This document shows, piece after piece, positions 50,774-64,000 of a stretch of 64,000 nucleotides of DNA; positions within the stretch are counted from its first letter, which is position 1; every line of letters begins with the position of its first letter. The stretch lies in the NCBI GenBank assembly GCA_002269645.1, contig NIVC01001348.1, positions 37,663 to 101,662 on the forward strand. Reading direction: 5' to 3'. The translations under genes were made by a program, and so were the position numbers. The DNA comes from Macrostomum lignano (Eukaryota). The notes beneath the pieces are model-generated. The model did not search any database, was not told the DNA's origin, and was given only the letters and a program-made list of their open reading frames with translations.

Positions 50774-53700
50774 TTAATCATCAAGCTTCAAAGCTTTCTG
50801 TCTGGCCTGCTTCAGTCGCAGGCGTTCAAACCGGGCATTAGTGTGGGATTTGAACAGCGGATTAGCTTTCAGCCAGGATTCGTAAGCGGAGCGGAACAGC
50901 TGATATTCTTTGGGATCGACGGGGCGGCCACCGCAGGCCGAGCTGACCTCGGCGACGGCCAAGGAGGACGCAGAGGAGGCCGCTGCTGCGGGCAGGCGGT
51001 CGCGGCACCTGGCCAGTTCGGCCTCCAACAGGCGGACAACAGCCGGACTAGGCGGCACATCAAAGCCGGTCATCCGCCTCACCAGCCAGATTCTATAGGC
51101 CAAATCGTAGGGCTGGGCGGCGCTTAGCATAGCGTGAAACACGGCCTGGTCAGGCTGGGCCGCGTCGCGCGCCATGTCCGCCAGGAGGCGCTCGGCGGCC
51201 TCCTTGGAGCGGCAGGCGCCGCCCAGAGCCACGTAGGTGTCCCGGTCCGGCCGCAGGCCATTCGACCGCATCTCGTCCAAAGTGTCCGAGCAGTCCAGCC
51301 GGTTCCGAACCCGATAGCGGAGCAGGGCATTGTACAGGTTGGCCCCGCCGCCGGGAGTCGATGCCCGGTGGAAGCCGCGGCTCCGGCAGAGCCGCATCAG
51401 CGTCCGCTCAGCTTCCGGTATTGGCGGAAGCATCTCCATCAGTTCGAAAGCGATCGCCGGAGTTGGCTCGGCGCCGTCGGCTCGCATTGACTCGAGTAGG
51501 CCAGCTAAGCCGCCAATTAGAGTAAGGCGTTGCCATGGCAACCTGAGCGCATCAGGCGAGTCTGGCAGGCTTGGCAGCGGCTGACGCGGCCGGAGGAGGC
51601 TGAGCGGGCAGCTCAAAGCCAGAGCGGCTGGTGGCTGAGCCGGCAGTGAGAAGTCCAGCTCTGACTGCGGCAGTTCAGCAGCAGACTCAGCTACCGGCTG
51701 CCTCATCACTGTCAGATTCTGTGCGTCCAGCTCGGCCGACCAGCCGTCCTGCAGTCGCTGCATCGCGGCGCCAGCGCCGGAGCCTTTGACGTCGCCAGAT
51801 TGGCCGTCGCCGAGTCGATTGGAGCCGGACCGCATGAAAGCCCGGGCTGGCGGCCCGGCCGCCGCTTCCGCCGCCGCCATGAGGCTCGGCTGACCGATGC
51901 CACAGGCTCGAAGGCACCTGAGATGGGGATTTGGTAGAGTTGCATCTGTGTTGCATCGTCTACCAAAAGCCGAACCAGAAAAAGAAATTGAGTCATATTC
52001 ATTTTTTAAAATCTATCGTTCTGAGAAATTATAGCATTCTTGGCCTCATATGCAGTTAAGCAGACGCTTGCAAACAAACCCTCCCACAACCCATAAAGCG
52101 ACGGTCAATAGCCCATTGGTCCAGTGTGGCGATCTGATGTGCCAGCGGCCCAGGCTCGATTCCAAGTGCAGTCACATTAATTTGCGGCTAAATTGGAATC
52201 TTGGCTTGGCTCTGCTCGTGCAATTAACGGCCGTGAGGGGGCCAACCCCCAAGACACAGTGAAGTGTACATGCCTTAACGATAAAAGAGACCAAATGATT
52301 TCTGCGACAGTTATTGGAAGACCTTTCCAGTTAGAAGTTAGACCAACCTGAGCAGCCGATGATAGTGATGGGCCGACAAGCGGCCGCCGAATGCCAGACG
52401 GAATCGGCGCCAAACAAGCAGTGCGATGGCGCTGCCGGAAGTTTTGTCGGCAAAGGCCGCCAGCAGCAGCGCGTTTAGCATTGTAGGCAGCGGGTGCTGC
52501 TGTCCAACGGATACGGAATCGTCGAATATCTGCAGTTGTTGCACAGTTAGTTTCAGTGAGATTTAAATAGAAATTTGCAAACATCACTTAGAAACATTGT
52601 TTTTCTATTGTGGCCACTAATAATAAGACTTGGGAGAGGAGCGGCATCTACTGAGGGAGCAGGGTAAGGGGAAGGGCCACCGTAGCAACAGCGGCACCCA
52701 CAGCAGGACAGTAAAGGAGCAGCGGCAACCAACGCAGGACACTGAGGGAGCAGCGGCAACCAATGCTGCAGGACACTGAGGGAGCAGCGGCAACCAATGC
52801 TGCAGGACACTGAGGGAGCAGCGGCAACCACTGCAGGACACTGAGGGAGCAGAGGCAACCACTGCAGGACACTAAGGGAGCAGCGGCAACCACTGCAGGA
52901 CACTGAGGGAGCAGCGGCAACCACTGCAGGACACTGAGGGAGCAGCGGCAACCAATGCTGCAGGACACTGAGGGAGCAGAGGTAACCAATGCTGCAGGAC
53001 ACTGAGGGAGCAGCGGCAACCAAAACTGCAGGACACCGAGGGAGCAGCGGCAACCAATGCTGCAGGACACTGAGGGAGCGGCGGCAACCAATGCTGCAGG
53101 ACACTGAGGGAGCGGCGGCAACCAATGCTGCAGGACACTGAGGGAGCAGCGGCAACCAATGCTGCAGGACACTGAGGGAGCGGCGGCAACCAATGCTGCA
53201 GGACACTGAGGGAGCAGAGGCAACCACTGCAGGACACTGGGGGAGCAGCGGCAACCAATGCTGCAGGACACTGAGGGAGCAGAGGCAACCAATGCTGCAG
53301 GACACTGAGGGAGCGGCGGCAACCAATGCTGCAGGACACTGAGGGAGCAGCGGCAACCAATGCTGCAGGACACTGAGGGAGCGGCGGCAACCAATGCTGC
53401 AGGACACTGAGGGAGCAGAGGCAACCACTACAGGACACTGGGGGAGCAGCGGCAACCAATGCTGCAGGACACTGAGGGAGCAGCGGCAACCACTGCAGGA
53501 CACTGGGGGAGCAGCGGCAACCAATGCTGCAGGACACTGAGGGAGCAGAGGCAACCACTGCAGGACACTGAGGGAGCAGCGGCAACCACTGCAGGACACT
53601 GAGGGAGCAGCGGCAACCACTGCTGCAGGAAACTGAGGGAGCAGAGGCAACCACTGCAGGACACTGAGGGAGCAGCGGCAACCAATGCTGCAGGACACTG

Positions 53701-55553
53701 AGGGAGCAGAGGCAACCAATGCTGCAGGACACTGAGGGAGCAGCGGCAACCAATGCTGCAGGAAACTGAGGGAGCGGCGGCAACCAATGCTGCAGGACAC
53801 TGAGGGAGCAGCGGCAACCAATGCTGCAGGAAACTGAGGGAGCGGCGGCAACCAATGCTGCAGGACACTGAGGGAGCAGAGGCAACCACTGCAGGACACT
53901 GGGGGAGCAGCGGCAACCAATGCTGCAGGACACTGAGGGAGCAGAGGCAACCACTGCAGGACACTGAGGGAGCAGCGGCAACCAATGCTGCAGGACACTG
54001 AGGGAGCAGAGGCAACCACTGCAGGACACTGAGGGAGCAGCGGCAACCACTGCAGGACACTGAGGGAGCAGCGGCAACCACTGCAGGACACTGGGGGAGC
54101 AGCGGCAACCAATGCTGCAGGAAACTGAGGGAGCAGCGGCAACCAATGCTGCAGGAAACTGAGGGAGCGGCGGCAACCAATGCTGCAGGACACTGGGGGA
54201 GAAGCGGCATCCCATAAAAACAATGAAGTAAGACAAACCTTAAGCGCCTCCTGCACTAGTCCATTCTTGGCGCAGGCTAGCACAGCAAAATAGTACACGT
54301 ATCTGTGCTGCTCCCCTCCGCCCCCAGCCTGCTTGGAGTCTTCGCAGAGCGCGTGATAATAGCGACAGGCCAGCTCGCCCGCCACCCGGTCCGGAGTGCC
54401 GTCATAGTAAGAGGCCTTAGCCAGAGAGTGCAGATAGTGACAATGGGTCGCATAGTTGGGCTCCACACCGGCTGAGCGACACCTGAATTGAATTATGATT
54501 CCATAATAAATCTTTATTAGTCTGGATTAAACTCTCAAAGTCTCTAAACATTTGCTCGATTCAATCTCGATTGTAACAGCCATTCAGTCAGTTCAGTCAC
54601 CTAGGCTAAGAAGCATCCCAGAATATCAATGGCATCGCCGCAGGTAACACGTACAGGTAAAATAGGAAAGAGGTGACTCCAGACGACTCTAAAATGATGA
54701 GATGTCACGGTAAAAGTCGTCAGAAAGTCACTTAAGAGTCACTTTGAAGCGTTTTATTGTCAGAGATTCTGAAAACGACTCTTGGACGGTAGAGTGGTAT
54801 CTGAGGCAGGACCTTTAAAGCTTATTTAAGTACTGAAATTGTTTTTAATTGCTAGTAAAAAATATTTAAATTTAAAACTAGCGGGTAAAAAGCGCGAGTA
54901 TATCAAAAATTTGCCTCGGCAGCTAATTAGTTATCAAAAACCTTTATTTTTACGAATCATAATCAGGCATCGCACCTATTCATCACCGCCTTAACCTCGT
55001 CGTAGGCGCCAACCGAGGCCAGGTGTCGCATTGTCTGATTCATTATTCGCCTAGTGGGCAGGAATCGATCCTCGCCGATCATGTCTCGATGCAGCAGGCG
55101 CACAATGCCGGCCGTGTCGCCGGCCTCCGCTAGCTTGTCTAGCCGTCGCAGATACCAGCCTTCGTCGTGCTTCCTGCCGACTCGCGCTAGAGGCCGATGA
55201 TCGGGTAGCCGGTCCTCGTCAATAATAACTGTATCGTCTGGCGCCGATTCCGACATAGCGTCGGCGGCCTCTTCTAGGCCGAGCTCGATGTCGATCCGGG
55301 CGGATTCGGGCGGCTCTACTAGGCTGCTGGTGCGGGCCAGGGCGCCGAATTCGAAGCCAGATTTGTCCGTCCGCATCGGCTGCTGTTGCTGTTCAACCCG
55401 ACGCCGATTGGCTTTGTTCCGATTGGCCAGCTGTCCAAATCGAAACGCGCTGCTGGAGTCCTCCATGGTGGCCACGGAGCTGCTGCCAAGCCGGCGACTG
55501 GCCGCAGCCACTGTCCTGGTGGCAGATGATAGGCACAGGCGACAGAGCAGCAT
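50774..55553 (-). CDS. PTCD1: Mitochondrial pentatricopeptide-repeat protein, PTCD1-like
   Basis: In-frame exons 55553-54976, 54482-54239, 52529-52348, 51917-50774. Arg/Ser-rich presequence-like N-terminus. WYLRRLDKLAEAGD..DMIGEDRFLP, ALLVWRRF..HYHRLLRCLRACGIG, and C-terminal PPR repeats (NLYNALLRYR, MRSNGLRPDRDTYVAL). Confidence 0.85.
52098..52287 (+). mobile_element. tRNA-derived SINE (family B), antisense in PTCD1 intron 3
   Basis: Homologous to 46822-47000 and 8510-8700. Confidence 0.75.
52700..54200. repeat. Intronic minisatellite, 34/31-bp unit GGGAGCAGCGGCAACCA(ATG)CTGCAGGACACTGA
   Basis: Fills PTCD1 intron 2. Confidence 0.96.
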
Positions 55554-56273
55554 TAATGCAGAAAGAGTTTATTTTAGTTTTATTTTTATGGCTTTAAGAT
55601 TGCATGTTAGAGGTTGCATGAGAGATAGCCCTTGAGTAATTGCTCAAAAAGTAGAGTTCCCACGTAGCTAAGGATACGGTTACAGGAAGTTACAGACACG
55701 GAGATTTTTTTATTTCCTAAGAAATCCTTAGTCCCTGGGGTTGGAGACTTAAGCAACGGATTTTCGATGCCACATGCATGTTTTCTTGTTGGGGCTTAAG
55801 TTAATATGAGTGCAGTTGCAACCATTGCAGTTCCAACCAGTTCCAACACTCTTGTCAACTCCGACACGAAAGCGTTGCTTCTTGTCGATATGGTTTCCTC
55901 CTCGTAATATGCAGTTCCATATTTGAATTTGTCACTAATTGTTTTGCTGAGCTAGTTAATCTACTGATTAGTTGTGACTCGTACTTGAGTAGTTTTGGGC
56001 TGGCTCTCTGTTTGTCGGAAGCTACAAACCAGCAAGTCACTTCTGTTCGCGGTTACAGTTTCTAGTGACTTTGTTTTTTATAGGGTTCTTTTTCTCCCCG
56101 AATTTGTAGCCGGAGGTACTTAATTTTCAATTTGCAGCTATCTTGATGATCGATAATATTGGTGCAGAACTTAGAGCTTAGTTGCACGTCCAGTGTCGCA
56201 TTGGGCAGTGTTACAATCCAGTTTTAATTATCTGTTATTCAATTGATCAGTTTTCTATGTCTTCCCTCTACAG

Positions 56274-57000
56274 ATCCTGGCTCTTCGCATAGTCATCGAG
56301 GAAGCGAAAGGGCCGTGCTTCCAATGGTGTTTCGTGCTTACAGCATGCCAGAGAGGCTGATTACAGCCGTCATGGCACTGTATCATAGCACGATAGCTGC
56401 TGTGCTGACACCGGGCGGCTTGTCGGATTTCTTTGAGAATCCTCTCGAGTGCTTCAGGGAGATACGCTTGTGCCGTTCCTGTTCGTCCTGGTGCTGCGGA
56501 CTACTCTCCCTTCTAACGAAGACGGCTGCAGCGATGCGTGGGTCGACGCCAACTGGAGAGGCGGCTCAGCGTGCTTGGCTACGCCGACGATCTCGCCCTG
56601 CTGCCCTCGACCGTCGAGGGCGCCCAGCGCCACGTTCGCGAGGACCTGCGACGTCGCCGCGGACTTGCCTGGGCTGCCATCCGCTCTGCAAGGGCTGTCG
56701 TGAAGTCGGAGGCAATGCCTGGTCGCCAGAGGGCGGCGATATTCCAGGCGGTGATCGAGACTGTACTGTCCTACAACGCCTAGATCGGTACGCTGGCGGA
56801 ATCGCTTGAACAGCAGGTCGATGCAGCGCACGCCCCCTTCATGATTGGCTACGAGCAAGTCACTCACTCTATCGCCGGAATGGCCTGTCCCGTCCCAGCG
56901 AACTGTTGCACCGTCGGTGCAGGAGGTGCTGTCGCTGACGCCGCAGGCACCCTACCGGCGAGGACAGGCGTGCGCACTCGACCTCAAAAAGCCCTATTAC
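56274..57000 (+). mobile_element. Decayed non-LTR retrotransposon (RTE-like) reverse transcriptase fragment with internal deletions and frameshifts
   Basis: ILALRIVIEEAK, AYSMPERLITAVMALY, LQGDTLVPFLFVLVL, LGYADDLALL. The 3' part matches 60826-61158. Confidence 0.85.
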
Positions 57001-59987
57001 GAGTGCGAGGCTCATGCAGTACCGAATATTATACAGGGCAGTGTATTACATTGTTAACGTAAACGAGAACGCAAAGGCAAAATACAAAGCAATGAATGGT
57101 TTGAGAGGGGTATGGGCATGGCTAGTGCTCACGCAGTTTCTCTCTGCAATTTTTAGGCAACCATCAACCACCACTGCACCCCAAAGCATTTGCTGCGAGT
57201 CTTCTGTCTCCTGTGTTCGCAGGCTCGCTGACTTGGACCTCAAACCTCAGCTTCGGCATTGAGGTTGGCTAGTTTAAAGATAGTCTGTTTGCATAGTGTT
57301 CATATCACAAAGTATCTATTGAAATATTATTCCAATCTAATCACTTATACAAATACTTGATATCTATTATAACTAAAAATAATATACAACTTAAATTTTT
57401 TAAAAGAAATTAGACAATTATAAAAGTATACTACTAGGTCTAAGATAGATTGAAACCCTTAAGTGATTTCATTATGGATTACTAGCAATCTAGTGCCCCC
57501 TTCAGGGCGCCCAATAAGCAAGGAGCAAAAATTATTCATGTAAATTCATTAGAAAAGCATATTTTCATAAATTAAAATTTTGATTTAATTAAAATTTGAC
57601 TTTTGGAAGTGTGTAAAAGAGTGGCGAAAAATAAACTAATTTTTGCTATATATACATGCATTTTGTTCTGTATAAGCAGTATATCAAGAGTAAAAAGTGA
57701 GTTTTGGTCATACAAAACTTTGTTTTTCTGAATTTTGATTTTAGAAAATTTCAATTACCATTTTGGAAAGTTAGCAAATTTTAATTTTGACAGAAAATGA
57801 TTTCTAATAATCCTAAAGCGCATTAAAATAACTTGACTCTTTTTCTAAAGCACGCATCCACAAGTTTTCAACATTTATTCCAATAGGGACACCAAGTCAT
57901 TTAGATTAAATGTCACAAAACAGTTATGACATAACTAATTTCAAAGGCAAGTCAATATTAGTTTCAATTAACATTGGCAATATGGTTACATAATGTAAAT
58001 CAAGTTTAATGCTACATTCTTCTACACTATATTTTCAACACTATAATGCAATTCCAATTGATGTTAAAATTTTTAGCTAGTACACAAACAATAAATAAAA
58101 AGCCTTGTATAATGCAATCTTTATCAGAACCAGAATTCAGTCAGTTTTTTTAACATTTTTATAAAGTATTTCAAATTGAAAAGTCCATTTGACCTTTGAA
58201 AAAAACATGTTTTTTTATATTTAATCACTTTAGCATTGAGAAATTACTTAGCCAAGACATATGTACCATTAGGGGAAATTTATACATAAATTTGAAAAAG
58301 TTTCTTAAAGTTTGAAGAAAATTGGTTTAATCATTTTTCTCTAATTAAAATTAGATAGCAAGTCAATTTGCCAAAAGTTGATCTGCCAAAAGTCAATTTA
58401 CTAAATGTAGGTTGTTTTGCCAAAAGTTTTTTGTTAAACAAATAAACAACAAACAACAACAAAATCAATCTTGTATAAGCCTACAATTATTTGTTTTTTT
58501 AACTGCTATTGAACAATCTGGACATCCTATGTACAGCTAATAAATCTTTAATAATTGTTCATGAGTTTAAAGTGGCAAGGGAAAGGCAGAAAAAGGTAGG
58601 GGTAAAGGCAGCTACTACCTACTACTTACTGTCATATAATGTAGAAAATAAAAAAATGTCTATTGATACAAATTGTCTAAATTGCCATATACTATATAGC
58701 CTATAAATGGCAAGTTGTTAGGCAAAAAATATTTTCTTTATATTTTACAATTAAAAAATTGTACTAGCAAAGAGAAATATTCTGTAATTAATAATGAATT
58801 AAAATAATTTTAGGCAATGACAGCCAACAAATCAAATTTATGATATTTAACATGTTATCAATCAAGTTTTAGCAAATTGACTTAAGTTTTGCAAAAATAT
58901 ATTTGGCAAATCATCTTTTGGCAAAAAAAGTTTTTTTGCAAATTATCTAGTATTCATAAATCATATAAAATAGATTTTTATCTACCAACAAGACATTTTT
59001 TAGTATATGGATTATATTAGACATTATATAAAAAAAAGAATTTAATCAAACTTAAACTAAGCCATAAACAATAAGCAACTATCAGCAAACTATTTTGATA
59101 TAATTATAGTACTCCTAGTTCTAGTCCTATTCTGTGCATATTTTAAACCAAAACCACTAGCCCTAAATTAATACAATTTTATATTTAGTAGGTCCCTACT
59201 GTTATGCATGAAAAGAAGTTGACTTTGCTTGTTAATTTTCCTTTCTAAAATCGAAATTGATAGCTTTATTGTTAAATTCCCAAGTGTCTCACTTAATATT
59301 ATATTACATTACAATACATATATTATAATATTACATATTATATTATATTCTAAAGATAATACTTGATGTTATTGTTAGCCTCTCTCTTGTAATAGTACAA
59401 TTAATTGAATGCCAGTTAAATAATAGTAGTTTATCTGTTTAGCTAAGTAGTCTAGCCTAGTTAGTATTAACAGTTTATCATTAACTTAATTTACAATAAG
59501 TAAGGAATAGAAACTGGTGCGTTTTCAACAACCACCGCATACATTAATTTTCAATTTTCATTAAATGAAGTTTCACGAGTCGATAATTTTTCAAAATTTA
59601 AACTTTCTTCTGTGGAGTTAGAAGATTTATATTCATTAAAACAAAGTGAATGTTGGTTAAGGGGACGCCGTATGCTGTTCTTTACTTAGTAAATTTAAAA
59701 GTTAGGCTTCTGTGTATAGTTTTTGCACCGATTGATGTAGAACTGAAAATATTAAGACGATGGGACAGGGACCCAGGGACGAAGGGCAACACTTTTGCAT
59801 TTGGTTAAGACCAAACCCAAGGACTATTCAAGTAGTAGCAGTTGAGTAGTCTTTGGTATTACTGTACAGAACTTGGGCACCATGCCATAAGCAGTCCAAT
59901 CTACCGAAGTGCCGCTTACCGAAAGCATGGGCACTGAAATGAAATGCCTGGCAAGTGTCAACCCTCTCAGTGGAACTATAATAACAA

Positions 59988-60636
<649 letters not shown>

Positions 60637-60774
60637 GTGAAATATAGGCTCATTTTCATGAAGAAAGATACATCTACGTTTCAATACGTTTAAATTCATC
60701 CGCAAAATATGTAGGCACAACAAAGATCTCAACAAATGTCGATGATATATGTTTTCTGTCTCAACATGATGCCC

Positions 60775-61158
60775 ATGCCAACAACAACAAAAACAAAGTA
60801 CGCTGTCAGGTGGAAAAAACCAGCGTCACAGGGCACGCTTCAGAGCCTGGGCGCGAACAAAGGCCGCACCGCCGGCAGATTCCGGGGCGCCAGCGTTGGC
60901 CAGCAGGCAGTCGACGAAACGCCGAGTTCGGGCCTGGCCGCGCCGGTAGGGTGCCTGCAGCGTTAGCAGCAGCACCTCCTGCACCGGCTGCGAGCAGTAG
61001 GACTCGGCGCGGATGATGTGGCCTGCCAGCTGGAGTCGCCGAGGTCGCAGCAGTTCACTTGGACGGGCCAGGCAGGCGCGGCGATAGAGTGCCGCGTTAG
61101 TGATCCGCTCGTCGCTGATCTTAAAGGCGGCGCGCAGCAGGCCAGGCACCCATGCCAT
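60775..61158 (-). mobile_element. 3' end fragment of the same RTE-like LINE family
   Basis: RITNAALYRR..RPSELLRPRRLQLAGHIIR..VQEVLLLTLQAPYRRGQA, then stop and a short (TTG)n tail on the minus strand. Confidence 0.8.
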
Positions 61159-61778
61159 GGACCACTGTAGTGATTTGTCATGTAGTCCGTCTTCTACAGT
61201 GGTCCTTGGTGTACATTACATCCATTACATATGTGCATACATGTATTACACCGGCGACTCGGCCTATTCGAGCACGGCGTTCATGTAAGTGGCTCGTCAA
61301 CAAGTAGGTCACTGCTGTCCGCTTGACAGACAGCAGCACGCGGGAGTGAGCAGGCGCTTGAACTAGCTAAACCCGATTGCGACCGTTTAAGAACAACAAA
61401 ATGCTCCAGGTAGGATGGATAATCGCGGGTGCAATAAAAATCTTGTTAAGCAAACAGATGAGGGCTCAAAATCTTAACTACTGATAGATGCTTTCATTCT
61501 TGTCCATCGTGTATTTTGGCAACATTCTAAGAGAATAAATTTGGAAAGAAAGCTCGCAGCTTTCTGCGATCGCAGTGAGACATTTAGTTGCCAGAAGAAA
61601 CACCCACGACTACTAGGATAAGAAGTTTTCAAAGGTTCGAATAGAGAAGTTAGCTGTATCGATAGCAGTTATATTGGCCAAAAACCATGGGATAAGTTTT
61701 CTGAGTTCATTTTTAACTCTCACAAAGTTCACAATCAGGCGCTGATTAAAACAAACAACCGTCTTGACCATCTGGTTC

Positions 61779-62667
61779 CTAGGTCACCAGAATGGCAATG
61801 TAGTCCGCGTGCTGAATTGTTGAACTCATTGACTGTGTCGGATCGGTGCTGTAGACAATTGTCGGGATGGGATTAGTCGATCTGTACATGGCGCACACAT
61901 CGATCTGATTGTCTAAGACAGCCATAAAATTGCGGTCGTTGCTGCAGCCATTATAATCAATATTGATAAAAAATCTTCGTTCATTTGTCTTATCCGTGGC
62001 TCCTTCAATAGAAAAGTAGTTCGTGTTCATTGACGACAGGCTGGTCATAGGCCAGCTCTGCACAAGGCGCTCCTTGCTGAACCAATTCAGGCTGGTGACA
62101 CCTGGAGCATTTGTGCCAACATCGAACACGAGTCTCACAACAACGGCGGAGTTCTTGTACAGCTGCACGATGAACTGCTTGAAAGTCAGTCCAGAGATCA
62201 GACGCTGCACATCATCGAGCAGACCGGAGCGGAAGGTGTCCAGCATGGCGGCCGCGTCAGGGTGCATTGGCTGCACGCGTCCCGTCAGGTCGAGATGGTG
62301 GGTCGGTCAGCACCTCCCATACCTTTTGACCGCAGCCGCTCTTCACGCTCATGACGACGTGCTCAAGAGCCGTCAGTCCGACTGGCATGAACACGGTGCA
62401 GTCAGTTGTACACAGCTCGTAGCGGGGGCACACAGCGGCTGTCACGTGACACGCGTCTTCACTTGACGACGTCATAACTGCAGCGGACTCAGCGGCCGAC
62501 ATTGAGGCGTAGAAGCTGCAGGTTCGCTCACTGGCAGCAACGATGATCGAGCCCGGATCAGCGCACACCGGCTTAAAGGAGTACCTCAGGTATTGCAGGC
62601 TGCGGGCAGCTTTGGCCGCCGCAATAAGCAGTAGAATATGAAGAGAGAAATTTTGCTGTAGCAGCAT
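61779..62667 (-). CDS. Secreted uncharacterised Cys-containing protein (signal peptide + PAN/apple-like region + C-terminal domain) with a frame break near 62271-62322
   Basis: Hydrophobic N-terminus MLLQQNFSLHILLLIAAAKA. Second frame WFSKERLVQSW..NYFSIEG..RRFFINIDYNGCSNDRNFMAVLD resembles a domain common in marine invertebrate secreted proteins (recognition only). Confidence 0.6.
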
Positions 62668-63244
62668 ATTGAGTTATTGCTCTAGCAGACCAGTGCAAGC
62701 TCCTGGCGCTTAAGGATTTTATCAGAAATTTTTATAGAAATTTCATCCGTGTCTCCGTGCAGGGCCGTGAATTTCTAATGTAATGACAGGTTATTGACAA
62801 AAGGCTGAAATTTGATGGACAAAGCTCCGGGTAAAAGCCAGGATAGAAATTAAAAGATAGAAATGCAAAGAGTCACTACTAACTATCTTCATCGTCTGTA
62901 AAGCCATAAAAGTTCTGAGGCAGGAACTTTTTGTTTGGGCTCTGTTTTGGCAACTGAACGCTGCACTAAGTAGAGGCATGAACGAGTATTCCACTAATGA
63001 CTAGTGCTCCATCATTCCTCATTTCCTCTTCACTGCAATATGCTATCGCCCTGGCCTCCACAATCTTTCTATTCTCAACCGTTGCACAGCAGTTTATGGC
63101 TGCATAGCAACTTGTTAAACACATTCAGCCCAACCTGAGTCTGGGAGATGCACTCTTAGACTATAAGCTAGATGGATGAAGTTATCGAATAAACAACTAT
63201 TTCTCATTTACTAGCACTCTACCTACCTCATGGTCCATAGGTGT

Positions 63245-63345
63245 AGCACCCGTGCCTACCCTGCATGGTCCTTCGATACAGAACCTGTGCCTACCCTGCA
63301 TGGTCCTTCGATACAGCACCTGTGCCTACCCTGCATGGTCCTACT
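63245..63345. repeat. Three copies of a 35-bp unit GTGCCTACCCTGCATGGTCCTTCGATACAG(A/C)ACCT
   Basis: Copies at 63252, 63287, 63322. Confidence 0.9.
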
Positions 63346-64000
63346 AAAAATAAAACTAAGAATTAGAATCACGTTTTAATTAAACAAACAGAAAATAAGT
63401 ACGCGTATGTTAGAATAAAACGCAACGAAAAAGTGCCCGATTGTCACAAGAGAAATCTAACCATTTTAATCGTATTGAGGCTAAAATAAAAAAAATGCAC
63501 CGGAAGCTTAGACTAGACTATTTTAATTTCGAGCAAAGTTCGCTAACCCGAAATTCACTGACAAATCCAACTATCAAGGCTTCAGTAAGATAGAGGCAAT
63601 CAATTCCAAACTACAATTTATCCAGACTAAGAAGAACCCCAGGTGCTATCTGGATGCTCTCAGAAAATGTCAAGTTACATTTCCATGACGACAAGGGCCG
63701 AATGGTATCTAAACTAGGTTTAAAAAATTCTGCCGTTTGGATTTGATTTTCTTCCACTCACCAGCGTTGCTAGGTAGCACATCTAGCGGCCCCTGGAACC
63801 AATTTGCACTGGCTGACCCAGTGCTCTCATTTTTGTCTAAGTTGAGACAATGACGTTTCAGTGCAACAGAAGAAAAAATCTAATATTTTTAAGAACTGCT
63901 GCCACACAACACAAGTGGCGTTATTCCCTGCAACCCAAACAGCAACAATTGAAAAGAAGATGAAGGCAATTATTAAATGAAAATTCGAAATCAGCATCAA

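Noticed and set aside
52553-54466. 637-aa Cys/Pro-rich ORF
   Set aside because: Read-through from PTCD1 exon 2 into the intronic 31/34-bp array.
57300-59500. AT-rich region with TTTGCCAAAA/TTTTGGCAAA inverted motifs (58350-58440 vs 58860-58950)
   Set aside because: Possibly a MITE remnant, but ends and TSD could not be defined in low-complexity sequence.

Overview
Eukaryotic (metazoan) genomic DNA with GC-rich exons and introns or spacers filled with unrelated minisatellites. This style suggests a macrostomid flatworm such as Macrostomum (inference only). Spliced models were built by hand from GT-AG sites and reading frame: troponin T (+, 878-5880); an SH2 + tyrosine-kinase-like protein whose kinase motifs look catalytically dead (-, 7645-16532); an ELAV/Sxl-type two-RRM gene (-, from 43606); a stathmin-like locus with a frame break (+); PTCD1-like PPR protein (-, 50774-55553); and a secreted Cys-containing protein with a frame break (-, 61779-62667). 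There are also SINE and LINE fragments and a degenerate inverted-repeat element. The most notable observation is that the two-RRM gene splices in frame (phase 2 to phase 2) into a serine-dehydratase-like domain that has lost its PLP-binding lysine. The splice donor overlaps an in-frame stop, so a short RRM-only isoform is also possible, and a ~4.5 kb U-rich putative 3' UTR follows. Most long ORFs in the supplied track are artefacts of tandem repeats. All homology calls are from motif recognition, not database searches.
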